Of a stretch of 64,000 bases of DNA, positions 44,297 through 52,041 are shown in pieces. Made by a program: the position numbers and the translations under genes. Each line of letters opens with the position of its first letter. Position 1 is the stretch's first letter. The DNA is taken from assembly GCA_036986135.1 (NCBI GenBank), contig BTQZ01000002.1, forward strand, positions 62,670-126,669. Direction: 5' to 3'. The notes under the pieces are model-generated. The model did not search any database. It was not told the origin of the DNA and was given only the letters and a program-made list of their open reading frames with translations. Source of the stretch: Anaerolineae bacterium. GTDB taxonomy: Bacteria > Chloroflexota > Anaerolineae > Anaerolineales > E44-bin32.

Positions 44297-45820
44297 CTAT
44301 TCCCATTCGATCGTCGCGGGCGGCTTGCTCGTGATGTCATAGACCACGCGATTAATGCCGGAGACCTCGTTGACGATCCGACCGCTGATCCGAGCAAGCA
44401 GGTCGTGTGGTAAGCGAGCCCAGTCGGCCGTCATGAAGTCCTCCGTTGCCACGACTCGCAAAGCAATCGTCTCGCCATAGGTGCGCCGGTCTCCCATCAC
44501 ACCCACCGATCGCACGGGCAAGAGCACGGCAAACGCCTGAGCCACTTCATGCGAGTGCAATTCGTCCGTAAGGATTCGGTCCGCCGCACGCAGCTGCTCG
44601 AGTCGAGTCTGCGTGACCTCGCCCAAGCACCTGATGGCGAGACCCGGGCCGGGGAACGGATGGCGCGCCAGCAGCTCGTCCGGCAAGCCGAGCTCACGGC
44701 CGACATTGCGGACCTCATCTTTAAAGAGGAAGCGCAGAGGTTCGACAATCGCGAAGTCCATGTCCGCCGGCAGCCCTCCCACGTTGTGATGGGTCTTGAT
44801 CCGAGCCGCCACTTCACGATCTCTGCCGCTAGATTCAACGACATCCGGATAGATCGTGCCCTGCACTAGGAAGCGCGGCTGCTCGATACGCTCAGCAGCC
44901 TCTTCAAACACTCGAATGAACTGCTCGCCTATAACCCGCCGCTTCTGCTCGGGATCGGTGACCCCAATCAGGCTGCCCAGAAATCTTTCAGAAGCATCAA
45001 TTACCTGAAGTTGGCCGCCAAGCAGCGGAGTTAGGCTCGCCGCAACCATGGCCTGTTCGCCGCTGCGAAGCAAGCCCGTGTCCACAAACACACACTCGAG
45101 TCGCTCTCCCAGGGCTCGATAAGCTAGTACGGACGCCACAGCAGAATCGACGCCACCGCTCACAGCCGCGACCGCGCTTCCCTCGTCGACCTGCTGCTGA
45201 ATGCTCCGAACGGCTTTAGGAACAATGGATGAAGGGGACCAGTCGGTGCTTGCCCCGCATATGTCCACTGCGAATCGGCGCAATATTTCGCCGCCCCCCA
45301 GCGTATGTTCGACCTCAGGGTGGAATTGCAGGCCATAAATCCGAGCGGCTTGATCACCCATTGCCGCGTGGGGCGAATTCTTCGAGCTGGCTATGACCTG
45401 AAATCCGCTGGGCAAAACATCCACACGGTCGCCGTGCGACATCCAGACCTGATGCGATCCAAATTCAAGAAGGCCGTCTACATCAACGACATGGATCTCC
45501 GCCGCTCCGTACTCGCGAGATTGGGCAGGAGCGACTTGCCCTCCCAGCGCGTCGGCGAGAGCCTGCATTCCGTAACAGATTCCCAGGATCGGTCGCCCAG
45601 ACTCAAGAACGAAAGCAGGTATTCGAGGTGCCTTTTCTTCATAGATTGAGGCCGGTCCGCCAGACAGGATGTAGCCGGAAGGGTTTACGGCCAAAATATC
45701 TTCGGCGGGTGCGTCATACGGAAAGAGCTCACAATAGACCTGAGCCTCTCGCACTCGGCGCGCGATCAGATGTGAGGTTTGGGATCCAAAGTCGAGGATG
45801 GCGATCGTGTCAATCATCAA
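44297..45820 (-). CDS. guaA: GMP synthase (glutamine-hydrolysing)
   Basis: GATase LGICYGMQ..HPE; ATP-PPase loop AVSGGVDSAV; C-terminus PPATIEWE. Confidence 0.95.
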   Translation of the reverse strand: MMIDTIAILDFGSQTSHLIARRVREAQVYCELFPYDAPAEDILAVNPSGYILSGGPASIYEEKAPRIPAFVLESGRPILGICYGMQALADALGGQVAPAQSREYGAAEIHVVDVDGLLEFGSHQVWMSHGDRVDVLPSGFQVIASSKNSPHAAMGDQAARIYGLQFHPEVEHTLGGGEILRRFAVDICGASTDWSPSSIVPKAVRSIQQQVDEGSAVAAVSGGVDSAVASVLAYRALGERLECVFVDTGLLRSGEQAMVAASLTPLLGGQLQVIDASERFLGSLIGVTDPEQKRRVIGEQFIRVFEEAAERIEQPRFLVQGTIYPDVVESSGRDREVAARIKTHHNVGGLPADMDFAIVEPLRFLFKDEVRNVGRELGLPDELLARHPFPGPGLAIRCLGEVTQTRLEQLRAADRILTDELHSHEVAQAFAVLLPVRSVGVMGDRRTYGETIALRVVATEDFMTADWARLPHDLLARISGRIVNEVSGINRVVYDITSKPPATIEWE

Positions 45821-45823
45821 GGA

Positions 45824-46399
45824 CTACTCACCCTCAAATACGATCTTGCCCTCGCTCATATCGGTGATCACCGCCAGGGCTTCAATAGGTACTTCCAGAT
45901 GGCCCAGCAGATCGCGGCCGCCCTCAAATTGCTTCTCGATCAAGGTGCCGATGCCGACCACCGAAGCCCCTGCCGCGCTGGCCAGCCGTACCAATCCCAT
46001 GATGGTTTGGCCCGAGGCAAGGAAGTCATCTATGATCAACACCCTTTCCTCGAGGCCCAAATACTCGGGCGAGACGATCAGCTCCACCGTCCGCCCCTTG
46101 GTGTGCGAAGGAGCCAGCGTCAGAAAAATCTGATCCGGCATGGTGATGGGTTTGGACTTCCGCGCGTAAACTACGGGCAAGCCTAGTTCGGCGGCCGTGG
46201 TCAAGGCAGGAGCGATGCCTGAAATCTCGGCCGTCAGTACTTTGGAGGCGGATACTCCGTGAAAGCGCTTTGCGAGCTCCTTTCCGCACGCAGCCATCAA
46301 GCCGGGATCGACCTGATGGTTGATGAATCCGTCGACTTTTAAGATGCCTCCGCCGAGGTTGGCGCCATCTTGCAGGATTCGCTGTTCGAGGAGTTTCAT
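45824..46399 (-). CDS. xpt: Xanthine phosphoribosyltransferase
   Basis: MKLLEQRILQDG..LKVDGFINHQVD and PRPP loop VLIIDDFLASGQT. 3-nt gap to guaA. Confidence 0.9.
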   Translation of the reverse strand: MKLLEQRILQDGANLGGGILKVDGFINHQVDPGLMAACGKELAKRFHGVSASKVLTAEISGIAPALTTAAELGLPVVYARKSKPITMPDQIFLTLAPSHTKGRTVELIVSPEYLGLEERVLIIDDFLASGQTIMGLVRLASAAGASVVGIGTLIEKQFEGGRDLLGHLEVPIEALAVITDMSEGKIVFEGE

Positions 46400-46488
46400 A
46401 TTCTTAATCGCAGTAGGGCTGCTCGATTTTACAACCGGCGCAATGCGCGGCCAAGCTCAGCACAAGAATCGGATGGCGCACATTTCAC

Positions 46489-46517
46489 TTGACATAGAAC
46501 GGATGTTCCGCTAGAAT
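46489..46517 (+). promoter_or_regulatory. lexA promoter TTGACA-17 nt-TAGAAT
   Basis: TTGACA 46489-46494, TAGAAT 46512-46517, 17-nt spacer. SD AAGGAGG at 46553-46559. Confidence 0.7.
46496..46509. promoter_or_regulatory. LexA operator 1 (Cheo-type GAAC-N4-GTTC), in the promoter spacer
   Basis: aGAACggatGTTCc has perfect GAAC-N4-GTTC arms. Confidence 0.7.
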
Positions 46518-46518
46518 A

Positions 46519-46532
46519 CGAACAAGCGTGCG
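46519..46532. promoter_or_regulatory. LexA operator 2 (imperfect), just downstream of the -10
   Basis: CGAACaagcGTGCG has one mismatch to CGAAC-N4-GTTCG. Confidence 0.5.
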
Positions 46533-46564
46533 GATTTCCGCGCAAGCTGCGCAAGGAGGCTGCA

Positions 46565-47215
46565 ATGGCTCGAGGCAAGCTGTCGGATCGCCAGCGCAAA
46601 ATGCTCGATTTTATACGTATGTTCAGTCTGCAGAATGGTTATCCGCCTTCCATTCGAGAGATTGGGGCGGCGGTAGATATCTCGTCGACATCCGTTGTGA
46701 ATTACAACCTGAACCGTCTGGTCGACCAGGGATACCTGGATCGTGACCAGAATGTCTCACGTGGCCTTCGGCTAACGGAGAAACTCTCTTCGCAGGTGAG
46801 CGGCATTGTGCGCGTACCGCTGGTGGGCCGGATCTTTGCCAGCGAGCCGGTGCCGATTCCGAGCTCCGATTCTCCGATGTTTGGGGCAGATGAGGCGATT
46901 GAGATCACGCAGGACTTGCTCAGCACCACGGAAGACCTCTTCGCGCTTGAGGTGAAGGGGGACTCGATGATCGACGCCATGATCAGCGAAGGGGATATTG
47001 TGGTTATGCAGCGGAGGTCGGAATGGTCGAATGGGGACATGGTCGCGGTATGGCTCAAAGATAAGGAAGAGACCACGCTCAAGCATATCTATCGCGAGGG
47101 AAATACCGTGCGATTGCAGCCTGCCAATCCCACCATGAAGCCGATCCTCATTGAGAACCCGGAGAATTTGGAAGTTCAGGGCAAGGTGATGCTTGTCCTG
47201 CGGCAGCTCGATTGA
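46565..47215 (+). CDS. lexA: LexA repressor
   Basis: Winged HTH PPSIREIGAAVDISSTSVVNYNLNRLVDQGYL; cleavage/S24 peptidase GDSMIDA..VAVWLKDKEETTLK. Confidence 0.93.
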   Translation: MARGKLSDRQRKMLDFIRMFSLQNGYPPSIREIGAAVDISSTSVVNYNLNRLVDQGYLDRDQNVSRGLRLTEKLSSQVSGIVRVPLVGRIFASEPVPIPSSDSPMFGADEAIEITQDLLSTTEDLFALEVKGDSMIDAMISEGDIVVMQRRSEWSNGDMVAVWLKDKEETTLKHIYREGNTVRLQPANPTMKPILIENPENLEVQGKVMLVLRQLD

Positions 47216-47245
47216 AGCTGTAGCCCGAGAATTTATTGATGATGC

Positions 47246-47277
47246 CCAGCGATCCGCGGTCGCTGGTTTTCTGATTT
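47246..47277 (+). terminator. Intrinsic terminator after lexA
   Basis: CCAGCGA-tccgcgg-TCGCTGG followed by TTTTCTGATTT. Confidence 0.7.
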
Positions 47278-47347
47278 GGTCGCGCCCCACGAACCCAGGG
47301 AACTTGGATCCGAGTCCAGGCTTTTGCGGTGAGATGTCTCTCAGGAG

Positions 47348-48136
47348 CTAGGTGATGGAGGCTAGCTCAGCCCGGGCTTGCGCGATCTCAAGCTCAAGAT
47401 CCTTGGCAATCTGACCCAGTAGGTCCTGGCCGGATTGGCGAGCCATACTCACATCGAGCTGAAGCTGGACCAGCGCCGAACCGGAAAGCTCATCCAGTTG
47501 CCGATTGAGTTTTGATATAAGTTGGGCAAGTCTCAGGACCTCAGCCGCCATTTCTGCCAGGATCTCTTCTCGAGACCGGGTCACTTTCTGGGGCGGACGA
47601 TCGGGCCGCTGTTGCAGCTCGAGAAGGGCATTGAGATCCTGTCCCTCGTACGCGGCATTGACCGCAGCCATCATCTCCTCCCGCCACTCCTTATCCTCCG
47701 CATCTGTGGTTAAATCTGGATGAAAGCGCTTGGCGAGCTCCCGGTACAGAGCTCTTAGCTCCGACTGCTCTGGCGGGGGAGCCGTGCGGGGCCGGACAGC
47801 CTGCGGCCTGCGGGGGGTCCAAGCGCGCTCAAATTGACGGACCACATCCGGCGCTTGCTCGAGGTCCTTTCCCCACTGGGCGCGCCGTTCGGCCGCGTGC
47901 CGCGATTTGTGTAGCTGGGCCTGTAGGTCGGCAAGCTGACGTTCGAGTGGCCGGATACGTACCTCGAGCTTTCTCTCGAATTCCGCTAGAGATACGCGCA
48001 TATCGAAGAGCTCGAGCTCCAACTCGGCTACGGTTTCCTGTCGCTTGGAGATTATGGCCCGCAGGGATCTTAGTTCGGGATCAGTGGCTTCGCGGATCGC
48101 ACTGGAAAGCGAGGGTCGATTTCGGCGACCGAACAT
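47348..48136 (-). CDS. J-domain (DnaJ-like) coiled-coil protein
   Basis: LRALYRELAKRFHPDLTTD..AAVNAAYEGQD carries the HPD motif, flanked by long heptad-rich helices. Confidence 0.7.
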   Translation of the reverse strand: MFGRRNRPSLSSAIREATDPELRSLRAIISKRQETVAELELELFDMRVSLAEFERKLEVRIRPLERQLADLQAQLHKSRHAAERRAQWGKDLEQAPDVVRQFERAWTPRRPQAVRPRTAPPPEQSELRALYRELAKRFHPDLTTDAEDKEWREEMMAAVNAAYEGQDLNALLELQQRPDRPPQKVTRSREEILAEMAAEVLRLAQLISKLNRQLDELSGSALVQLQLDVSMARQSGQDLLGQIAKDLELEIAQARAELASIT

Positions 48137-48211
48137 CCGTTGGATTGTACACGAAGCGCCGCCCTAGGATCTCACCCGATGATTCTTGCGTGAGGCGAAT
48201 CGGGAAGGAGC

Positions 48212-48654
48212 TTATAGGTGGGCGGATGCTTTCCAAAGGTCGGGGAACAGGGCCCGCTCTTGGGCAAGCGCCTCGGCGGGGGCAAGCTCGATTCCTGCCT
48301 GCAGTAGCCGTTTGACGCTGCGAACAGCATCAGGATCTCTCTGCGTGATCTCCTCGGCAACCAGGGAAGCGATTCTAGTGCCTTTAGCGCGTCTCCCATT
48401 GTTCCCACCAGTCGAGCGCCGTCCAGTCGATTGGCCTACTTGTCGAGCTCATACAGATCGCCGCCGGCACAAAACGTGCCATTAGCCCCGGTCACGATCA
48501 AGACCCGCAAATCGGGCTCCTCGTGCGCTGAGCTCACAGCGGAAGAAAAACTTTCCATCGCCTCCCAATTGAGCGCATTGTGCAGGTGAGGCCGGTTGAT
48601 GGTCAGTGGGCCAACGCTGGTGGAAGTCCTCTCAAACAGAATGCTGGTTGTCAA
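48212..48654 (-). pseudogene. Enoyl-CoA hydratase/crotonase-family pseudogene (in-frame stop, frameshift, core deleted)
   Basis: N-terminus LTINRPHLHNALNWEAMESF..LRVLIVTGANGTFCAGGDLYELDK then TAG (48433-48435). Crotonase-like C-terminus LVAEEITQRDPDAVRSVKRLLQAG..ERALFPDLW is in another frame (48364 down to 48212). About 120 aa of core are missing. Confidence 0.6.
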
Positions 48655-48678
48655 AAAGAAGCTCTCCTTGACCCGCTC

Positions 48679-48687
48679 TGGTATACT
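48679..48687 (+). promoter_or_regulatory. Extended -10 TGgTATACT upstream of tRNA-Pro
   Basis: Ends 10 nt before the tRNA 5' end. Confidence 0.45.
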
Positions 48688-48697
48688 CGTCGCCGGT

Positions 48698-48773
48698 CGG
48701 GGTGTGGCGCAGTTGGAAGCGCGCCGCGTTTGGGACGCGGAGGTCGGCGGTTCAAGTCCGCCCACCCCGACCA
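48698..48773 (+). tRNA. tRNA-Pro (anticodon TGG), CCA encoded
   Basis: CGGGGTG/CACCCCG acceptor, anticodon stem CCGCG/CGCGG with loop TTTGGGA, T-loop GGTTCAAGTCC. 76 nt. Confidence 0.93.
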
Positions 48774-48831
48774 TCTCAGTACCCCGTAGGCGCAACTTAT
48801 CTAAATAACCCGGATTCATCGAGAAGGTGCG

Positions 48832-49155
48832 GTGCGCGGTAGGCGGAGTTCGATCGCGAAGACCCAAATCGATCTGGTGCTTGTCAGCGCGCGTTACGAG
48901 CCGGAAACAAGGAGGCTGATTTTCGCGCGGGGTTTCGCGCGCCGCGGGCAAGTGTGGACGGACATCAAGCTTTTTGACCGCGCAAACCTTGTCGAGGGCT
49001 TGAAGAAGGGCCAGAATATCGTGACGGGCCGGAGCTCAACCCTTGCAGGCGATTTCGATAACCTCTCTCCCGTGCACTTGGGCTCGGAAGAGCAACTCCT
49101 TGCCGGAGGGATGAGCGCGCACGCCGGTGACGACTTGGGGCTTCCTATCCTTTAG
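48832..49155 (+). CDS. Small hypothetical protein between tRNA genes (weak DUF3892-like pattern)
   Basis: IDLVLVSARYEPETRRLIFARGFARRGQVWTDIKLFDRANLVEGLKKGQNIVTGR..GDDLGLPIL looks protein-like. No family assignment is possible here. Confidence 0.4.
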   Translation: MRGRRSSIAKTQIDLVLVSARYEPETRRLIFARGFARRGQVWTDIKLFDRANLVEGLKKGQNIVTGRSSTLAGDFDNLSPVHLGSEEQLLAGGMSAHAGDDLGLPIL

Positions 49156-49200
49156 TGATCTATCCGCGATTGCGGCGTCAGATATGCAGATTGGTCCGCG

Positions 49201-49209
49201 TGGTAGAAT
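49201..49209 (+). promoter_or_regulatory. Extended -10 TGgTAGAAT upstream of tRNA-Gly/tRNA-CAU
   Basis: TGGTAGAAT, 23 nt before the tRNA-Gly 5' end. Confidence 0.45.
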
Positions 49210-49232
49210 GCCCGCGCTTCCTCTCCCTTCAA

Positions 49233-49307
49233 GCGGGCATAGCTCAGTTGGTAGAGCGCGGGCCTTCCAAGCCCGATGCACGGGTTCGAATCCCGTTGCC
49301 CGCTCCA
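49233..49307 (+). tRNA. tRNA-Gly (anticodon TCC), CCA encoded
   Basis: GCGGGCA/TGCCCGC acceptor, anticodon loop CTTCCAA, 4-nt variable region, GGTTCGAATCC T-loop. 75 nt. Confidence 0.93.
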
Positions 49308-49318
49308 TTTTAGGGAAC

Positions 49319-49394
49319 GGGCCCGTAGCTCAGTGGTTAGAGCGGCCGGCTCATAACCGGTTGGTCGCAGGTTCGAGTCCTGCCGGGCCCACCA
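49319..49394 (+). tRNA. tRNA with anticodon CAT: elongator Met or, more likely, Ile2 (lysidine)
   Basis: GGGCCCG/CGGGCCC acceptor (G1-C72, so not an initiator), loop CTCATAA. GTGGTTAGAGC D-arm and TTGGTC variable region resemble E. coli ileX more than metT, from memory. Confidence 0.88.
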
Positions 49395-49398
49395 AATA

Positions 49399-49423
49399 CC
49401 CGCCTTCTGGCGGGCCTTTTATT
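49399..49423 (+). terminator. Intrinsic terminator after the tRNA pair
   Basis: CCCGCC-ttct-GGCGGG followed by CCTTTTATT. Confidence 0.7.
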
Positions 49424-49527
49424 GCTCAATCGCACAGATAGCGATCTGCTCGGAAATAGGAATCAAGGGGAGGGGGGAGTTCGGTTTTAGGTGTGCGAGA
49501 ATAGGCGGGCACAGGTGAAATCAGCGC

Positions 49528-50451
49528 ATGGATAAAAAGAAGGAAGATCTGGGATTGTTAGGGCGCATTGTCGGATGGTTTAGGGGCACGAGACAAGACC
49601 AGGGCCCGGAACCTGACCTGGCCGATACTGCGCCGCTCAGTCCCGACAATCTCGATCAGATCCCCGGTGTAAAGATCCGCGAGAGCCTGGAGGCGGGAAG
49701 TGCACAGTCTGTAGGTTTGGAGCGTGAAAACAACGAGGATTCGGTCTTCGTGATGTATGGGGCTTCGTATGGCGAGGAGCCGCTCCCGGAATTTGGCCTG
49801 TTTTGCGTGGCCGATGGGGCAGGAGGATTAGGACATGGAGAGCTGGCAAGCTCTATCGCGCTGAAGGCCGTGGTCAGCAGCCTGATGGAAAATGCGGTGC
49901 TCAAAGCGCTGCAACTCGATGAGACTGACCCGGCACCGAGTATTGAGGACATCGCGCGGCAGGCCATGGAGCATGCCAATGAGGAGGTTCTTGATTCGGC
50001 CATCGGAGGGGTAACGACGCTGACCGTGGCGCTGATCCTCAACGGGCAAATGGTTATTGGCCACGTCGGTGATAGCCGAGCGTACCTGGTTGAAAATGGC
50101 AAATCACGTGTGCTGACCCGTGACCACTCTTACTCATGGCGCCTGGTCGAAATCGGGCAGATCACCCCAGAAGAAGCGATGGAGCATCCGAAGCGAAACC
50201 AACTGTGGAACGCTGTAGGGCAGGGCAATAATCTGGTCATCGAAGTCGATACCTACCCGCAGCCACACGGAGGCTATCTGTTGCTTTGCTCGGATGGCCT
50301 TTGGGGAGAGGTCCCCGAAAATGAACTGAGTTCGGTGGTCACGCTATATGGGGAGCCGAATGAAGCATGTGAGGAACTCGTGCGCGCGGCCAATGCCGCT
50401 GGTGGGCCCGATAACATCACTGCCTTGCTGGTAGCCTTCCCTGGGATCTAA
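49528..50451 (+). CDS. PP2C-family Ser/Thr phosphatase (soluble, ~60-aa N-terminal extension)
   Basis: FCVADGAGGLGHGELAS, VGDSRAYLV, LLLCSDGLWG, GGPDNITALLVAF. Confidence 0.88.
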   Translation: MDKKKEDLGLLGRIVGWFRGTRQDQGPEPDLADTAPLSPDNLDQIPGVKIRESLEAGSAQSVGLERENNEDSVFVMYGASYGEEPLPEFGLFCVADGAGGLGHGELASSIALKAVVSSLMENAVLKALQLDETDPAPSIEDIARQAMEHANEEVLDSAIGGVTTLTVALILNGQMVIGHVGDSRAYLVENGKSRVLTRDHSYSWRLVEIGQITPEEAMEHPKRNQLWNAVGQGNNLVIEVDTYPQPHGGYLLLCSDGLWGEVPENELSSVVTLYGEPNEACEELVRAANAAGGPDNITALLVAFPGI

Positions 50452-50484
50452 AGTTGGCGTTCTTAGACACGGTGATCATCCATA

Positions 50485-50516
50485 CCGGCCAGCATCAACT
50501 GCTGGCCGGCTTTTAT
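50485..50516 (+). terminator. Intrinsic terminator after the PP2C gene
   Basis: CCGGCCAGC-atcaact-GCTGGCCGG followed by CTTTTAT. Confidence 0.7.
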
Positions 50517-50758
50517 CGAGCAGGAGAGGTAGTAAACAAGCGAACCGCCGAATGTGGGGGGTGCATCCGGCGGTCCAAAACGCTTCGGGGTACTACCGTC
50601 CGTGCAGGGGGAACACGATTTCGGTAGGTTCGTTCCCCTGAGACAAGCCACCAATCTTTCGATCAGGGCCGTCCTGCGAGGATCTTATCACATGCGCCGG
50701 ACGATTTGGATTAAGGGGATGTAAACGCCGATTCCCGATACCGCTAAGGCCCCGCCTA

Positions 50759-50767
50759 TGCTATGAT
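50759..50767 (+). promoter_or_regulatory. Extended -10 TGcTATGAT 8 nt upstream of GTG 50776 (leaderless-type)
   Basis: TGcTATGAT-ccgccgcc-GTG. Confidence 0.5.
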
Positions 50768-50775
50768 CCGCCGCC

Positions 50776-51513
50776 GTGGGAAGTGTGCGTCGACCTACAT
50801 GGCGGCAGTTCTTGCCATTCTTGCTAATCAATGTTGTGGTTTCCGCCGCGACGGTGCTCTTGGTACTCACCTTCTTTGGCCGGAGAGATTCGCTCCCAGC
50901 GGCGGTTCCTACGCCGACATTCGATGTAGCAAGTCGTTTGGAGAGTGCGATACCCACGCCCTCTCCCACGGTCCCACCTTCTCCCACTCCCGTGACCTAC
51001 ACCGTCCAGCCAGGCGACACGCTTGGAGCGATTTCCGCCAAGCTTGAGATTCCGATTGAAAACCTCATGGCCGCCAACGGGCTCTCTAATCCAGATGCCC
51101 TATCGGCAGGCCAGGTCCTGACCCTTCCCTCGTCGGACGATCCGCTCCCTCCAACCGCTGAACCGCCAGGCGTGGTCATCACTGCCACACCCGAAGGGCT
51201 TCCTCAAGTCGTCATTCGCGGCGCGTACGAGCGCGAGAATCTTGAGCAGGAATTTATCTATCTCGAAAACATCGGAGGAGTTGCGGTCATGGCCGGATGG
51301 TCGCTCTATGACGGGGAGGGAAATACATTCACGTTTTCTGGATTCACGCTGTATCGAGGAGGAGGCGTGAATGTCTATACGCGAGCCGGAAGCAATTCCG
51401 TAATCAATCTCTACTGGGGAATGGATGAACCTCTGTGGACCCCAGGGAAAGTGATCACGCTGCTAGATGATAAGGGTCAGGTTCACTCTACCTTCCGAGT
51501 TCCAGAAGGCTAG
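50776..51513 (+). CDS. Membrane-anchored LysM + lamin-tail-domain (LTD)-like protein
   Basis: N-terminal TM FLPFLLINVVVSAATVLLVLTFF. LysM YTVQPGDTLGAISAKLEIPIENLMAANGLSNPDALSAGQVLTLP. C-terminus EFIYLENIGGVAVMAGWSLYDGEGNTFTF..VITLLDDKGQV is LTD-like. Confidence 0.7.
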   Translation: MGSVRRPTWRQFLPFLLINVVVSAATVLLVLTFFGRRDSLPAAVPTPTFDVASRLESAIPTPSPTVPPSPTPVTYTVQPGDTLGAISAKLEIPIENLMAANGLSNPDALSAGQVLTLPSSDDPLPPTAEPPGVVITATPEGLPQVVIRGAYERENLEQEFIYLENIGGVAVMAGWSLYDGEGNTFTFSGFTLYRGGGVNVYTRAGSNSVINLYWGMDEPLWTPGKVITLLDDKGQVHSTFRVPEG

Positions 51514-51533
51514 CAAACCGGTGATCTGAATAG

Positions 51534-51569
51534 AAAAACCCCGGCGATCTCACGCCGGGGTTTTATTTT
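51534..51569. terminator. Bidirectional intrinsic terminator (LysM gene / tatA)
   Basis: AAAAA-CCCCGGCG-atctca-CGCCGGGG-TTTTATTTT. Confidence 0.8.
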
Positions 51570-51582
51570 AAGGTTGTTTGAC

Positions 51583-51798
51583 TCAGTGCTCCGAATCGTT
51601 GGAAGCTTCCTCCTTATCGGATTCCTCATCGGATTCCTCACCGGATTCCTCATCCGTTTCATCATCTTGGATGCCCCGGCGGAATTCCCGGATGCCCTTG
51701 CCCAATTCGCCGCCCAGCCGGCCCAGCCGTCCAACGCCAAAGAGCAGCACGGCGATGATCAGGATGATGATGAGCTCAGTCGGCCCAAGGTTTGGCAT
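51583..51798 (-). CDS. tatA: Twin-arginine translocase subunit TatA/E with acidic tail
   Basis: LGPTELIIILIIAVLLFG TM followed by amphipathic GELGKGIREFRRGI. Asp/Glu/Ser-rich C-terminus. Confidence 0.9.
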   Translation of the reverse strand: MPNLGPTELIIILIIAVLLFGVGRLGRLGGELGKGIREFRRGIQDDETDEESGEESDEESDKEEASNDSEH

Positions 51799-51827
51799 GC
51801 TCGACTCCAGATCGTAATGTCCTCACG

Positions 51828-51833
51828 ATTATA
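51828..51833 (-). promoter_or_regulatory. -10 box TATAAT for tatA
   Basis: Minus strand reads gggcTATAATcgtg. The ~22-nt leader contains GGAG. Confidence 0.45.
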
Positions 51834-52001
51834 GCCCGCTTCCCTCGTCGGCGGGAAGCCTAAGCACGGGAGCTTTGGGTGCCTTCAGGCAGGCGTGCAG
51901 CGGGCAAAGGAAAAATCGGCGTGGGCGAACAAGCGGGCGGCAGGCCGACGGAGAGAGCTCGCTCCCATACTCCGAAGCTCCCAGGCCCCCCTGCTCAACA
52001 G

Positions 52002-52007
52002 TACAAT
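52002..52007 (+). promoter_or_regulatory. Candidate -10 box TACAAT for dnaX operon
   Basis: TACAAT, 34 nt upstream of ATG 52042. SD-like GCGGAG precedes the start. Confidence 0.3.
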
Positions 52008-52041
52008 AGCTCACTAGATCCTAAGGCAACAAAAAGCGGAG

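Noticed and set aside
46400-46488. Possible guanine/purine riboswitch in the xpt-guaA leader (xpt is the classic riboswitch-controlled gene). ATTCTT (about 46462-46467) can pair with AAGAAT next to the ATG.
   Set aside because: Read on the minus strand, the leader lacks the conserved junction and loop sequences (UAUAAU, GGAUAUGG, UUUCUACC, CCGUAAAU, GACUAUG). It does not form an obvious three-way junction. Only a cmscan could revive this.
48668-48673. TTGACC as the -35 element for the tRNA-Pro promoter.
   Set aside because: It lies only 8 nt from the TATACT hexamer. The promoter is better explained as an extended -10 (TGgTATACT).
51834-52001. SRP RNA (ffs) upstream of dnaX, as in Firmicutes.
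   Set aside because: The helix-8 signature (GNRA tetraloop followed by GGAAGCAGC, and the matching 5' strand) is absent on both strands.
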